A DNA stretch of 64,000 nt from an uncultured Gammaproteobacteria bacterium (GCA_964518565.1 CAZFGX010000001.1:905553-969552), one strand, 5' to 3'; counted from the stretch's first letter, positions 13,016 to 23,804 are shown. Notes: a model not told the origin generated them from the letters alone. A program made the numbers and translations.

Positions 13016-13381
13016 TCAACTAATCGATTCAAACGCTTCAATCACCTCACGAGAAATATTTGAGTCCGGCTGTCCAAAATCCGTTATCGTAACTGATCCA
13101 CCAATAAGCGGGGCTTTCAAAGTGAAACGAATATGGACGCACCGTGGCTTCTGGCCATCCTCGCCTTCATGTTTCTGAAATTCACACCAATGAAACAATC
13201 GCCAGTTAAGCATCCGAGCATCATTCGCAATAGCATGAATTACATCAGTAAAACGAATCGTTAGTGTCGCATTTCCTTGCATCTCCAACTGTTTCACATA
13301 GACAGTGTTCCAATCAATCACATAGGCCACCTTGCCGCCAAACTCCTCCGTCCCATAATGGGTTATTCCTGTTGTTAACAT
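13016..13381 (-). CDS. hypothetical protein
   Basis: 121 aa. Strong SD AAGGAGGG 7 nt upstream of the ATG. Confidence 0.45.
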   Translation of the reverse strand: MLTTGITHYGTEEFGGKVAYVIDWNTVYVKQLEMQGNATLTIRFTDVIHAIANDARMLNWRLFHWCEFQKHEGEDGQKPRCVHIRFTLKAPLIGGSVTITDFGQPDSNISREVIEAFESIS

Positions 13382-13393
13382 ACAACCCTCCTT

Positions 13394-13777
13394 CTATCGT
13401 GGTGGGTCATTCGGTCGCAACGAAGCCCGAAATGCCCGAATCACTTCTTGGGGAATATCTGCCAGATCCAGATCCCGAACGTCTACCACATCTCCATTTT
13501 GACGCAATATCCACTCAATGCCGGTCACGCTACCGTCCTTATAAAGAAGTAGCACAAACCATCGCAAATTTGGGATCTTCTGATAGTCAGCACCAAAGGC
13601 CAATTCTACGACCGACCGAAACAAATACGTTGACGCACTATACATCGTCGTATTTCCTCTCGCTACGCGTTCTTGCAAAAACACTCGTGGTCCATCAGTA
13701 GCAAAAGCCGCCAACATTCCCCAATCACGCCCTGGAGTAGAAACTAATCCAGTTACCCAATGTTCAGCAATCTTCAT
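13394..13777 (-). CDS. hypothetical protein (possible paralog of 13016..13381)
   Basis: Start moved to the ATG at 13777 (MKIAEHW…), which follows SD GGAGGT. The C-terminus EVIRAF echoes EVIEAF in the neighbouring gene. Confidence 0.4.
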   Translation of the reverse strand: MKIAEHWVTGLVSTPGRDWGMLAAFATDGPRVFLQERVARGNTTMYSASTYLFRSVVELAFGADYQKIPNLRWFVLLLYKDGSVTGIEWILRQNGDVVDVRDLDLADIPQEVIRAFRASLRPNDPPR

Positions 13778-13950
13778 ACCATACCTCCAAATTTTGAATC
13801 GAAAATTGATTTGCAAAGTACTGCCGATATCAGCCTCGTATTGAGACCACACCAACTCGAACCCTTATTATATCAACAGCAGCCTCAAAATAAAACTATA
13901 GGTCATATGTTAAACTAGAAGAAATCTATTCAAAAGGAGGTGATATCAAA

Positions 13951-14184
13951 ATGAAAACCATGACTTGCAAACAAATGGGTGGACCATGCGACACTGCATT
14001 TACCGCCGACACCCCAGACGAAATGATGAATCTCGGTGCTGCTCACGTAATGGAAATGAAAGACAAAGATGCCGAACACGCAGCAGCAGCCAAAATGATG
14101 GAAGATGCCCGCACAAATCCCCAACTAGCCGAACAATGGGCAACCAAATTCCACGCCGACTTCGCCGCCCTGCCCGAAAACTAA
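13951..14184 (+). CDS. DUF1059 family small protein
   Basis: 77 aa, MKTMTCKQMGGPCDTAFTADT…; strong SD AAAGGAGGTG. Paralog at 34240..34476. Confidence 0.75.
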   Translation: MKTMTCKQMGGPCDTAFTADTPDEMMNLGAAHVMEMKDKDAEHAAAAKMMEDARTNPQLAEQWATKFHADFAALPEN

Positions 14185-14248
14185 TTTTTGCAAAAAAAAA
14201 TGGCGGAGAGAAAAGTCTCTCCGCCATAACCCGGAAACTAGCTACAAA

Positions 14249-16096
14249 TCAATTCGAACACGCACGGACAGCTTGGTTACACACCTTACCCACATTCACA
14301 TCTTTACTATCAGTACCTGCTAAACCATCCAAAGTTAAGGTGTCGCTCACCTTCGTAAGGGACATAATTTTGGCGGTAGGGCTGTCCTTGGACAACGAAA
14401 AAATCACACCCGGATACTGGACTAGCTGAAATTGGATTTCATTACCCAAGTCACTAATCCGAGACACCTCACCTTTATACAAAGTCACCCCAGCTGCCTT
14501 CTGCATGTCGGGCGAAGCATCACTATCCCCAGCAATTTGTCGTTGCAACTTAGCGTAAGCTTCATTTAGTGTTGGAGCAATGATCACCTTTGGAGCATCT
14601 GTGTTTGCGTATCGAGCTCGAAAGAATGCAAATCCCATGTGCTTTCCGCGCAAAGAATTTGCCTCATCTGGATCGACCAGCAAACAATAGACCACCTTCT
14701 CACCCAACACATCAGTCAGAATACAGTTATCCGCTTCGGCATCTTTTGCCATACCCGGAGTGTTGCGTACCCGTTCAGTCACCAATGTATCAATCGACTC
14801 AATAGTCGAAAGAGGAACTGGCGGCTTAATGGCAATCGCCTCCCCAGTACGAGGATCTACATACAAAATCCTGGCAATCTGTGTCCCCTTACTCTCATCA
14901 GTGAAAGTAATCTGATATGCCATTCGTGGCAATCGTGACACATAGTTGAACCGATCAATCTTCATTCGTCGGTCAAAATTCGTTTGAGGGCACCATGTAG
15001 CCTCTGAAAATTGTCCCCAAGCTTGTGCATACTTTTGCACATAATCCGGAGAAAAAATTCGATCCACATCTGCCGGCATGTCTGCCAACGAAGTCGTAGT
15101 AATTTGCCCAGTAAATGGATCCATCAACAGAGCTGAATCCATGGTATCGCCATCGACTCCCAAAGTCGGCTTCAAAACCCCAGCTGTATATATAGCTCGC
15201 CCATCATCCATCACTTCAATCCCCGGATCATCAGCAATTGCCTGATTCGGTAGTTCAAAATCATAGTACAAATGAGCCTTCAAGTTTTGACCACTCGAGA
15301 ATCGAATATCATAGACATATTTGATTTTCTGATCCAAAACGATAATCGGCTTTGACACCGAACGATTTGTCGCATCAATCAATATATATCCCGGCACCAT
15401 GCCACCTTTCTTAAAAAAGGTGTTAAACGACTTACCATCCAATCCTAGAACTTCACCCGCAACTTCACGCGGCTTCAGCTCAGCATGCCAGTACAAATGA
15501 CCATTGATAGTCTCCAAGTATGGATGCTCAGCCACATCTAGCCAACCACCCAAATCCTGTCCCATAACGTCCAGCGCATTTGCATAGGCTTCACGCTCTG
15601 AGCGCTGTGGCAGCTGGTCAAGCGGCACATCAAATCGGTAACCATCTTGCTGCTTGACCTTCAAAACTCCCGCAAACTGCTGGTTAATCTGGTCATAAGC
15701 CGAACCACAGATAAATGGCCTACTAGTGATAGGCCCCTGTGGATTAAAGATCGTAGCTCCTATCAGAAGAACAAACAACCCCACAAAAGCAATCATTTGA
15801 ATGATTAATGCCGATGGCGAACCATCACCATACGAACGGCCAGCAAGCCCAATCGCCTCAAGAACAATAAAAACAACAAGCGGCACAAAACTCAACCAAA
15901 AGTAATCCCCAAAAGGAAAAACCTTGAGATGGACGCTTGCATATCCAGTAATAATCCAGATAAGAAAAGCGTTAACCAATAAACCAGCAACTGACACAGT
16001 AATCGCCTTTACGACTCGCCCCTCCAAAATACCAAAGATCAAACTGATCAACGCTGGTATCAAGGGGAACGCAAACATCATTCCTGTTTGTGACAT
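14249..16096 (-). CDS. large polytopic membrane protein with big extracytoplasmic domain, unknown function
   Basis: 615 aa. About six N-terminal TM helices, then a ~450-aa soluble region. No recognised motif. Confidence 0.5.
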   Translation of the reverse strand: MSQTGMMFAFPLIPALISLIFGILEGRVVKAITVSVAGLLVNAFLIWIITGYASVHLKVFPFGDYFWLSFVPLVVFIVLEAIGLAGRSYGDGSPSALIIQMIAFVGLFVLLIGATIFNPQGPITSRPFICGSAYDQINQQFAGVLKVKQQDGYRFDVPLDQLPQRSEREAYANALDVMGQDLGGWLDVAEHPYLETINGHLYWHAELKPREVAGEVLGLDGKSFNTFFKKGGMVPGYILIDATNRSVSKPIIVLDQKIKYVYDIRFSSGQNLKAHLYYDFELPNQAIADDPGIEVMDDGRAIYTAGVLKPTLGVDGDTMDSALLMDPFTGQITTTSLADMPADVDRIFSPDYVQKYAQAWGQFSEATWCPQTNFDRRMKIDRFNYVSRLPRMAYQITFTDESKGTQIARILYVDPRTGEAIAIKPPVPLSTIESIDTLVTERVRNTPGMAKDAEADNCILTDVLGEKVVYCLLVDPDEANSLRGKHMGFAFFRARYANTDAPKVIIAPTLNEAYAKLQRQIAGDSDASPDMQKAAGVTLYKGEVSRISDLGNEIQFQLVQYPGVIFSLSKDSPTAKIMSLTKVSDTLTLDGLAGTDSKDVNVGKVCNQAVRACSN

Positions 16097-16116
16097 AACT
16101 CAATATCCTTTCCCAG

Positions 16117-16875
16117 CTAAGGCTGGGTAATCGAAAGCTCATTGTTAGGTTGTACACGATAGAGTGTCGACTTTTGCACTTGGCTCAACTCATCAATCGG
16201 TACAGTATCATCATTCACCTGCCATACATTTCCCTCCATATCAATTACAGATATTGTTCTTGGAAAAATTTTCGAGGTAAACGGCTGCCCCACATTCAAG
16301 ACATAGGTAAAACCGTTGTATACAAAAGTAGCCGAAGTCCGCAAAACGCTCACCGCCTGAAAATGCGCCGGATTATTTACCTTTTTCCAAGGCGCCTGTG
16401 ACGCAAATTTGAGACTGATATGTTTTGCATATTTCACACTTCGCTCGTCCAAAAATGCAAAATTCACCACATCTGGCTGATTTCGAAGCAGCAAAGCCTC
16501 CGAAGGAGACATCCACTCGATATCAGACCACATAGGCTTTTTTACAACATCAGTTGGTACGACATATACAGCTGGAAGTGCTGTCGGCGAAGCATACGGT
16601 TGAGACGGAGAAAACAAGTAGTCATATCCGTTTCTCACTTGAGAGAGTAACCCCACCAGGCAAACGACCAACAAAATTGCCGGCCACAAAGCCGAAACAC
16701 CTACCTGCCATACCCATGAAAGTTTTTGGCCGAAATCCATTTTCGGCAAAGAACGAGTTTTAGGCGCAGGCGAAGGTGTTTTTTCACCCTTAGCCTCAGC
16801 CAATTGTTGGTCAACAAAGTTTCTATACCATTCGTCAAACCGCTGGTTATACCTATCACGTAACCATTTCCACAT
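16117..16875 (-). CDS. membrane-anchored hypothetical protein
   Basis: 252 aa with a single TM near residue 55. Lies 20 bp upstream of 14249..16096, so the two are probably co-transcribed. Confidence 0.45.
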   Translation of the reverse strand: MWKWLRDRYNQRFDEWYRNFVDQQLAEAKGEKTPSPAPKTRSLPKMDFGQKLSWVWQVGVSALWPAILLVVCLVGLLSQVRNGYDYLFSPSQPYASPTALPAVYVVPTDVVKKPMWSDIEWMSPSEALLLRNQPDVVNFAFLDERSVKYAKHISLKFASQAPWKKVNNPAHFQAVSVLRTSATFVYNGFTYVLNVGQPFTSKIFPRTISVIDMEGNVWQVNDDTVPIDELSQVQKSTLYRVQPNNELSITQP

Positions 16876-17030
16876 ATAGATCTCCTTATAAAATTTGTAG
16901 CTAAATTCTCAAGGTACAAGACGCTTTATCCTCCAAAAACACGTAGAGTGAATTCTTAAGATAAAAGTGAGTAATTATACCATACTATAGGTCTATTTAC
17001 CATCGTAGAGTAATCGCATATTCTATTCTC

Positions 17031-17549
17031 ATGCCCCCACTCCAACTTCTAGTCGTCTTGGCCAAATTTCTCCTCCCCCTGCTATTTCTTACCCAACCTC
17101 TAGCCATCTGGGCCAATTATTTTCTAGACATCATCGATGGCGATCTGCTGCGATATCTGGGCATGTCTGAATACTGGTACCAGACCATAGACAAATCTGC
17201 CGATTACATTTCATATGTCTGTATGCTGCTTATGGCCAGAAAGTGGCGTATTCGCCAAACTGTGGTCTTTCTGTTTATCTATCGCACCTTTGGCCAACTC
17301 CTCTTCTTTATCACTCGAGACGAACAGATGTTTTTCCTGTTCCAAAACTTTTTGGAACCGTTACTTCTCATCTATGTCTTACTTATTGTAAAAACCAAAT
17401 CCGAATCCAAAGCCTATACCCTCTACCAAAAACATCGCACCTTCATTTGGATAGCTGTTATTTTCTACAAAGTAGTCAACGAATGGTATCTCCACATCGC
17501 CAATATCGATCTTTCCAGTATTTTCTTCGGTTTCAACGGCGGCAACTAA
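17031..17549 (+). CDS. hypothetical membrane protein
   Basis: 172 aa with several hydrophobic segments. Confidence 0.4.
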   Translation: MPPLQLLVVLAKFLLPLLFLTQPLAIWANYFLDIIDGDLLRYLGMSEYWYQTIDKSADYISYVCMLLMARKWRIRQTVVFLFIYRTFGQLLFFITRDEQMFFLFQNFLEPLLLIYVLLIVKTKSESKAYTLYQKHRTFIWIAVIFYKVVNEWYLHIANIDLSSIFFGFNGGN

Positions 17550-17567
17550 TTGTTTCTACGCTTCAAT

Positions 17568-18101
17568 TTAAAACGGATATCCTTTAAATCCATGCACACC
17601 TTTAAGCGCTGCCAATTCTCCCCCCAAGCTAAATGTGTGCCCTGCCACAAACCCCAACAACATGTCTGCCAACGTTTTCTTCCCCCACGCCCCTAAATCA
17701 ATTTCTTTTTCCAGATCTGCATCTACCAGACTAGCCACATAAGCATCTGTTGCAGCATACACAGCCTTCGCATAATCCCGCATTGCAACCATATTGATCT
17801 TCACAGACTTAGACCATGCTTCATTATTTTTCTCCCAATCTGCATCCATTGCTGGCATTGGCGTGCTCGCCCCAGTCTTATCTCTCCACATATCTGCAAA
17901 AAGTGGAGTCTTACCTTGAATCATACTATTTACAATTACATCTTCAGAAAAAATCAGATGAGCATACGTCGCCCCAAGTGGAAACGCCTTACCTCCTGGA
18001 TCCACATTGATATGAGCTTCAGAAATATCCGCCGCAGTTCCCTCAAAAACATCCCGCGCACTTTTGATCTGATTTTTTATTATCTGTAGCGCACTCAACA
18101 T
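17568..18101 (-). CDS. DinB/YfiT-like (DinB_2 superfamily) protein
   Basis: 177-aa four-helix-bundle-type sequence with spaced His residues (HLIFSED…HTFSLGGEL). Weak family call. Confidence 0.45.
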   Translation of the reverse strand: MLSALQIIKNQIKSARDVFEGTAADISEAHINVDPGGKAFPLGATYAHLIFSEDVIVNSMIQGKTPLFADMWRDKTGASTPMPAMDADWEKNNEAWSKSVKINMVAMRDYAKAVYAATDAYVASLVDADLEKEIDLGAWGKKTLADMLLGFVAGHTFSLGGELAALKGVHGFKGYPF

Positions 18102-18109
18102 ATATTTAA

Positions 18110-18514
18110 CTACTTAGTCCCTTTTGGTAAACTCTCACACGCTTCCCCATCCTTGTCTCCATCCAATCGGTTCAAGTCATTTCCTGTCCCTCCCACTTTT
18201 TGGAAAAATACCTGCGCTTTTGGTTGATCGGCAAAATCATCACAATTATATTTGTCTGCTTCTTTACCTTTTGTCGCATCAGTCGTCACATTTCCATCAG
18301 CATCAAACAATACATTCCCCTTAGCATCTCGAGCAACTTTAGATTCTTGCAACGACTCGCCCTTTAGCAGCTTTCCCAAATCAAAATCAGTATTAGACGC
18401 CTCGAGTCCAAATGCCCCCAAAAGGAGTGCAATTACTGGAATCAAAATAATTTTAATGGTCTTTTTAGCTCCCTCGCTTGACTCAGCTAGTGGTTTAAAT
18501 TTTGGAATATTCAT
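18110..18514 (-). CDS. Excalibur calcium-binding domain protein, secreted
   Basis: 134 aa. N-terminal signal/TM. C-terminal DGDKDGEACESLP matches the Excalibur DxDxDGxxCE motif. Confidence 0.6.
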   Translation of the reverse strand: MNIPKFKPLAESSEGAKKTIKIILIPVIALLLGAFGLEASNTDFDLGKLLKGESLQESKVARDAKGNVLFDADGNVTTDATKGKEADKYNCDDFADQPKAQVFFQKVGGTGNDLNRLDGDKDGEACESLPKGTK

Positions 18515-18622
18515 ATCACCACACCGAATACAGCATATAAACAGCGATCAAAATAAGTACTCCAATAACCACCAATCGAACAACTTTATTACCCCGTAAC
18601 TTTTGCATACCCTAAGTATATC

Positions 18623-18976
18623 TTATTCCCACGGCGTCATCAATTGGAAGTAGTTTCCGTCTGGATCTGCCAGTGTTGCTACCCACGCCTTACCCATCTC
18701 ATATGGCTCTTTTATCACGGTTGCCCCAGCTGCTTTCATCCGCTCAAATTCTTCCTTTACTTCAGCGATTTCAAAATTAAACATGACTCGTTGAGGTTGA
18801 TTGTTTTTCCCATGAACCTCAGAATGTGCTCCAATACCCAAAAATCCCTCTCCTACCGCCCAACCAGCCCAGCCCTCTTCCACCATATCTGGCTTCCTGT
18901 CCAAAACCTTTTCATAAAAATCCGCCATCACTTTTTGTTGATCAGTACCAATCATGACAGAACTTAATTTCAACAT
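18623..18976 (-). CDS. VOC/glyoxalase-bleomycin resistance family protein
   Basis: 117 aa. Glyoxalase-like betaalphabetabetabeta motifs (GATVIKEPYEMG…DPDGNYFQL). Confidence 0.6.
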   Translation of the reverse strand: MLKLSSVMIGTDQQKVMADFYEKVLDRKPDMVEEGWAGWAVGEGFLGIGAHSEVHGKNNQPQRVMFNFEIAEVKEEFERMKAAGATVIKEPYEMGKAWVATLADPDGNYFQLMTPWE

Positions 18977-19004
18977 TTCTTCATCCTATCACACCCTCGC
19001 TAAA

Positions 19005-19808
19005 TCACAAACACGTCTTCAACGCTCCAGTACTCAATCCTTTTTCAAAAGATTGTACCCGCTGTTTTGAAGATCCATGTGTCCAAGTCTCCGGATTAAT
19101 ATACCCGCCATACTTTTTCTGCACCCTATCATCCCCTACAGCCGCCGCAGCATCGATAGCTTCACTTATCTCCCCCGACTCGACCACCTTTCGCTCCTCC
19201 ACTGACTTAGCCCAAGCCCCTGCCAGACAATCTGCCTGCAATTCAGTCTGCACGCTTTCGTTGGCAGTTTGTGCCTTTTTCAAAAGTCCCAGCTGATACT
19301 GCACATGATGTCCCACTTCATGAGCCATCACATATGCTTCTGCCACATCTCCACCCTTGGCTCCCAATTGGCCAGTGAGTACATCAAAAAACGTTTCATC
19401 CAAATAAATTGTCTGATCCAACGGACAATAATGCGGCCCCATACTCGAATCGGCTCCACCACAATCAGACTGAGTAGCATCACGAAACAGCACCATTTTT
19501 GGCTCTACATATGTTTTATTCATCTGACGAAATTCTTTTTTCCACAAATCATTTGCAGATCCCAACACGCTACTCGCAAATAGTTTATATTCCGAATCCG
19601 GAGCCACTTGCTGTTCATTTGCTTGCTGCTCCATAACCTGCCCTCCCAACTGGCTCAACACATCACCCAAATTTCCTCCGCTAAAATAATTCAACGCCAC
19701 CAAAAGTATCACTCCCCCTATTCCTAGTCCTCCACCAATTCTGACTCGGGAATTTCCCCTGCGATCTTCTACCTCACCCCGAGTTTCAATTGCATCCCAA
19801 TCAGCCAT
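19005..19808 (-). CDS. YpfJ-family putative neutral zinc metallopeptidase
   Basis: 267 aa. N-terminal TM. HEXXH site (AHEVGHHVQ) in the YpfJ-like context. Confidence 0.65.
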   Translation of the reverse strand: MADWDAIETRGEVEDRRGNSRVRIGGGLGIGGVILLVALNYFSGGNLGDVLSQLGGQVMEQQANEQQVAPDSEYKLFASSVLGSANDLWKKEFRQMNKTYVEPKMVLFRDATQSDCGGADSSMGPHYCPLDQTIYLDETFFDVLTGQLGAKGGDVAEAYVMAHEVGHHVQYQLGLLKKAQTANESVQTELQADCLAGAWAKSVEERKVVESGEISEAIDAAAAVGDDRVQKKYGGYINPETWTHGSSKQRVQSFEKGLSTGALKTCL

Positions 19809-19842
19809 ATACCCAATTCTACAACCCCGAGTAAATATTCAG

Positions 19843-20583
19843 TTATTTCTTTTGAAGGAGTTTTTTTACTTTTTTTGCTCGCTCATATGCTGTCAAAAAT
19901 GGTGATACTGGTGGCCAAACAGGCTGGCTCGCCTCTCCTTGAATTTTTCTCAGCACATACACATTGTAGTACTCGCCCACCACATGAGTCTCTTGTGCAT
20001 TGAGCCGTTCAATAAACAATCGGTCGCGTTGGGACCACACCCCAACTCGCATTTTTTTCCACACCAACGGCATAATTTCTCGGTAATATTTACCCCATTC
20101 AATTACCATATCACCTAAATCTTTTCCCCTATTTCCCCATTCACCCACCCCTTTAGCCCACCACTGTGACAAAGCTTTAGGCAACTCAAAATTCACAAAC
20201 ACTTCTGGCGTCATTCCGCTCCAGTCTCGCGAATCTTTCGCATGAGGGTCAAAAATCTTGTGCTGCGCCAAAAATTGCTTTGCCACCGCATAATCCATCA
20301 AACCAATATGTGGTCGTAGCAATTCCTGTTGCTTCAAATGTTGCAAAATAACCCCTCGCGGATCTTTCTGTGCCAACGATTCATCTGCTCGCATTGTGGC
20401 TTCTAGCTCATCCGTAAAAATATCAGAAAATCTCCCCAAATATTTCACCGCAGAACTAAACAATTCAGCTCGAGGTTCGCTCATCTGCCAACCCAAAGAA
20501 ATCTCTATTTGTCGCTGTTTTGCCAGTCTCAATAAATTTGGCGAAATCTCGGCTCGGCCGGTTACCTGCTCTACTCTGCCCAT
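19843..20583 (-). CDS. hypothetical protein
   Basis: 246-aa ORF with no recognised motif. Confidence 0.4.
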   Translation of the reverse strand: MGRVEQVTGRAEISPNLLRLAKQRQIEISLGWQMSEPRAELFSSAVKYLGRFSDIFTDELEATMRADESLAQKDPRGVILQHLKQQELLRPHIGLMDYAVAKQFLAQHKIFDPHAKDSRDWSGMTPEVFVNFELPKALSQWWAKGVGEWGNRGKDLGDMVIEWGKYYREIMPLVWKKMRVGVWSQRDRLFIERLNAQETHVVGEYYNVYVLRKIQGEASQPVWPPVSPFLTAYERAKKVKKLLQKK

Positions 20584-20588
20584 AAAAG

Positions 20589-22358
20589 CTAATAAATATC
20601 AAAGCTGCGCAACAGCTTTTTATTCCCTTCTACCTGATATTTGAGCAGTTCAGAGTACAACCCTTTCCGTTTTGCCAGCTCGCCCGGTGTGCCCATATCT
20701 GCAATCGTCCCCTTTTCCAATACCACAATCCGATCCACGTTTTGAATCGTCGAAAAACGATGCGCAATAATAATCACCAACCGGTTTTTAAACAATTTTT
20801 CCAAAGCATCCTGTACCAATTTCTCAGATTTAGAATCCAGACTACTCGTCGCTTCATCCAAAATCAAGATCGGTTTATCATGCAAAATTGCCCGAGCAAT
20901 CTGCAATCGTTGTTTCTGTCCACCAGACAATTTTACCCCCCGCTCACCCACCTGAGCATCCAGCTTATCAGCAAACTTTTCCACAAATTCATCTGCATTT
21001 GCTTGTTTCAACGCTTTCCAAATTTGTGCATCACTCACCTCACCTACTCCATACGCCACATTTTCTCGCACAGTCGAAGAAAACAATTCATTGTCTTGAA
21101 ATACCAAGGCCATATGTTCCCGCACAAACGCATGATCCAACTGTGCATAAGATTTACTCGACAACAAAATCTTTCCACCCGTCGGTTCATACAGTTTCAA
21201 AATCAAATTGACCAAAGTTGTCTTACCCGCACCAGAATTTCCCACCAGTGCCACAGTCTCCTGTTTATCCAAGGTAAAGTTCAGATCTGTCAAAACCGGC
21301 GCCCCATCTTCATAGGCAAAGGCCACGTTATCAAATGTAATTGTCGGTTTCTTACCCACCCCAGTCACCGCTTTTGTCATAAACTTTTCTGTCTCTGGCA
21401 AATCCAATACTTCAAAAAACGCTTTCGAATCAGCTTCTGCCCGTTGCACCTGTTCCAAAATATAACTCATACCAAATAGTGGCCACCGCAACTGGTTCAA
21501 CAGTTGAATCACCAGTACCATTTCTCCCAAAGTAAATGTTCCCAAAAATGTATTGCGGAAAATCAAAAACAAAATCACCACAAACGCAATCTCCAGCCCA
21601 AACTGTCTCACAAAATTCAATATGTGATACTGTGTGGATTGACGATCATAAATCTGATTTATCTTTTCATATTGATCAGAAATATATGCCCATTCTCGCT
21701 GTTGTGTGTTATAGGTTTTTACCAGTTTAATATTGGCCACAGCTTCACCGATCCGTCCTCGGCTAGCATCCTCATGCACATTTTTCTTCTCTTGTAACAC
21801 TCCCCAACGCTTGGTCGAATAGGTCGAAATGGCAATATAGACGGGAAACACCGACAGGGCCAACAATCCAATGATCACGTTGTAATGTACCAGCACTCCA
21901 ATCCCAAAAATCGCTTGCAAAATAGCCGGCAAAATAAAATTGCTCATTGAACCCACAAATCCTTGAATAGACAAAATTCCCCGGTTCAGTTGATTGACAA
22001 TCTTCCCCGACAATTCCCCGTCAAAATATTTTTGCGGCAGCTGAAAAATCTTTTTGTAATAGACTTCGGTCAAATAGCGTCCTAGTCGCGAAGAAATATA
22101 ATCCCCAATTCGCTGATTCACTGCATCAAACACCACTCCACCGATATTGATACCCAAAATCAGCACAAACAACCAAATCAATTTCTGATAATCTCCACCC
22201 CCACCAGAAATCTGTTTGGACAGCTCATCCACCACATATTTGAGAGTTATGGGTGTCGCCTGCAACAAAACCGCTTGCAAAGTAATCAATACACATGCCA
22301 CCCCAATCCAGCGGTGGTACGGCCGCGCAAGTTTAATAATTTTCCAAATATTTTTCAT
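20589..22358 (-). CDS. ABC transporter, fused permease/ATP-binding exporter (MsbA-like)
   Basis: 589 aa. Six-TM N-terminal domain, Walker A GNSGAGKTT, ABC signature LSGGQKQRLQIARAIL, Walker B ILILDEATSSLD. Confidence 0.9.
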   Translation of the reverse strand: MKNIWKIIKLARPYHRWIGVACVLITLQAVLLQATPITLKYVVDELSKQISGGGGDYQKLIWLFVLILGINIGGVVFDAVNQRIGDYISSRLGRYLTEVYYKKIFQLPQKYFDGELSGKIVNQLNRGILSIQGFVGSMSNFILPAILQAIFGIGVLVHYNVIIGLLALSVFPVYIAISTYSTKRWGVLQEKKNVHEDASRGRIGEAVANIKLVKTYNTQQREWAYISDQYEKINQIYDRQSTQYHILNFVRQFGLEIAFVVILFLIFRNTFLGTFTLGEMVLVIQLLNQLRWPLFGMSYILEQVQRAEADSKAFFEVLDLPETEKFMTKAVTGVGKKPTITFDNVAFAYEDGAPVLTDLNFTLDKQETVALVGNSGAGKTTLVNLILKLYEPTGGKILLSSKSYAQLDHAFVREHMALVFQDNELFSSTVRENVAYGVGEVSDAQIWKALKQANADEFVEKFADKLDAQVGERGVKLSGGQKQRLQIARAILHDKPILILDEATSSLDSKSEKLVQDALEKLFKNRLVIIIAHRFSTIQNVDRIVVLEKGTIADMGTPGELAKRKGLYSELLKYQVEGNKKLLRSFDIY

Positions 22359-22385
22359 GTGGTCTGCAAATTATACCCGAAACGG

Positions 22386-22886
22386 CTATTTTATATCCAA
22401 AAGCACAAATCCTCTTTTAGTATCATATCCAAAATGATCCAAAGGCGAATCAGCCACTACACTAGACCGTTCTACTGGAATATCTACCCTATCACTTTTT
22501 AACCAATCCAATATCTCCTGACGATTTTTACTCATATTTACTTGTCGCATCTCACCTTCTTTTTGGTCTGCAGCATTCACTCTTTCTACATACTTAACCG
22601 TAGTAGCTCCCTCCCTTTTTAATTCAGCAATCTCTTCTTCCAGCATATTCACATTCCATCTAGGATTCACATGTATTGCTGCCATCACCTCTGACCCACG
22701 AGTAATCACAACTGGTACACACACCGCCACACCCGGAAATTCCAACAAATCATATTTCTCCTGACCAGGTTGCGGTTTCCACAACATCCCATCTGTCACC
22801 GTATACTCCCTCGGCTCACCATGAAAATCCACCTCTACAGTTGGCAGTCCTCGCTCAGACATAAAAAAACCGCCCATAAAATTCAA
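22386..22886 (-). CDS. hypothetical protein
   Basis: 166-aa ORF with no motif. Confidence 0.35.
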   Translation of the reverse strand: MNFMGGFFMSERGLPTVEVDFHGEPREYTVTDGMLWKPQPGQEKYDLLEFPGVAVCVPVVITRGSEVMAAIHVNPRWNVNMLEEEIAELKREGATTVKYVERVNAADQKEGEMRQVNMSKNRQEILDWLKSDRVDIPVERSSVVADSPLDHFGYDTKRGFVLLDIK

Positions 22887-23062
22887 TCAATTGCTCTGGT
22901 TCATCTGCCTGGATCTTAAAATAAGCAATGGCGTTCATGACCAATCTCAGTATAACAAAAAAATCCCCCCAGATTCCTCTGAGGGGATAATACATTTTAT
23001 TTCTTTTCCAGAAAAAACTTTAGTCGCACATGACCAAGTCATCTCTTCAAAAAAACTGACTT

Positions 23063-23398
23063 CTAACTCGCATTCTTTGCCGTAAACACATATGTTTTTT
23101 CCGGATAATCGCTGTGATCGGGCTGATGAACTTCTACATTCCAACCCTTACCTCGATACACATCAACAAACGTCTCAAACCATCCATGAGCATTAATATC
23201 TGCTAAAGGCACACCCGCACCAGTGACGCACTGATGCAACTCATGTTGGCCAAATCTGGCCACGCCCTGCTTTAACTTTAATCGCAACAATTGATTGATT
23301 GCACCAATCATAGCCGGCGAAATAGTTGCAGAACGCATTGCTTCCTCGGGACCAATTGCCCAATCTTCAGGATTACCACGATCTTTAAAATTACTCAT
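23063..23398 (-). CDS. small protein, member A of a four-paralog family in this locus
   Basis: 111 aa. SD GGAGGAATATG. C-terminal block W-x-F-x2-(V/L)Y-x3-GW-…-Y-F-x3-NA, shared with 25349..25675 and, more loosely, with 23422..23772 and 25692..26012. Confidence 0.5.
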   Translation of the reverse strand: MSNFKDRGNPEDWAIGPEEAMRSATISPAMIGAINQLLRLKLKQGVARFGQHELHQCVTGAGVPLADINAHGWFETFVDVYRGKGWNVEVHQPDHSDYPEKTYVFTAKNAS

Positions 23399-23421
23399 AT
23401 TCCTCCAAGGTCAAAAAATCA

Positions 23422-23772
23422 CTAGTAACGCTTAGCTTGAGATGTACGAACAGATTTTGGGTTTTTGTTTATAGGCGTAAACACATACACTGCGCCACCA
23501 CCAGCTCGTTGGTCTTGATATTCGATTTTCACATCCCATCCGTATTTTCCATACAATTCACTGAAATTCCACCAATTGTAATGATCTGCAGCCCCCAAGC
23601 TAAAATTCGGTTTTTCTTGAAGACATTCGACCAACGCGGATTTTGGTATTTTTGCTACACCTTCCCGAAAATAAATTCGGATCAACCCATCGATCACATC
23701 CACCATTTCCTGAGGAATTGGTTTCAATGAAGCCATTAATTCATCAGGAGTTATAGGTCTCGCCTGTTTCAT
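23422..23772 (-). CDS. small protein, member B of the four-paralog family
   Basis: Start moved to the ATG at 23772 (MKQARPI…), which follows SD GGAGGTGAATATG. Clear paralog of 25692..26012 (IPQEMVDVIDGLIR…WWNFSELYGKYGWDVKIEY versus IPDVMIDIINGLIR…WWNFDALYRFNGWDVSVK). Confidence 0.5.
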   Translation of the reverse strand: MKQARPITPDELMASLKPIPQEMVDVIDGLIRIYFREGVAKIPKSALVECLQEKPNFSLGAADHYNWWNFSELYGKYGWDVKIEYQDQRAGGGAVYVFTPINKNPKSVRTSQAKRY

Positions 23773-23804
23773 ATTCACCTCCAAAATACACAACCTAGGT
23801 AAAC

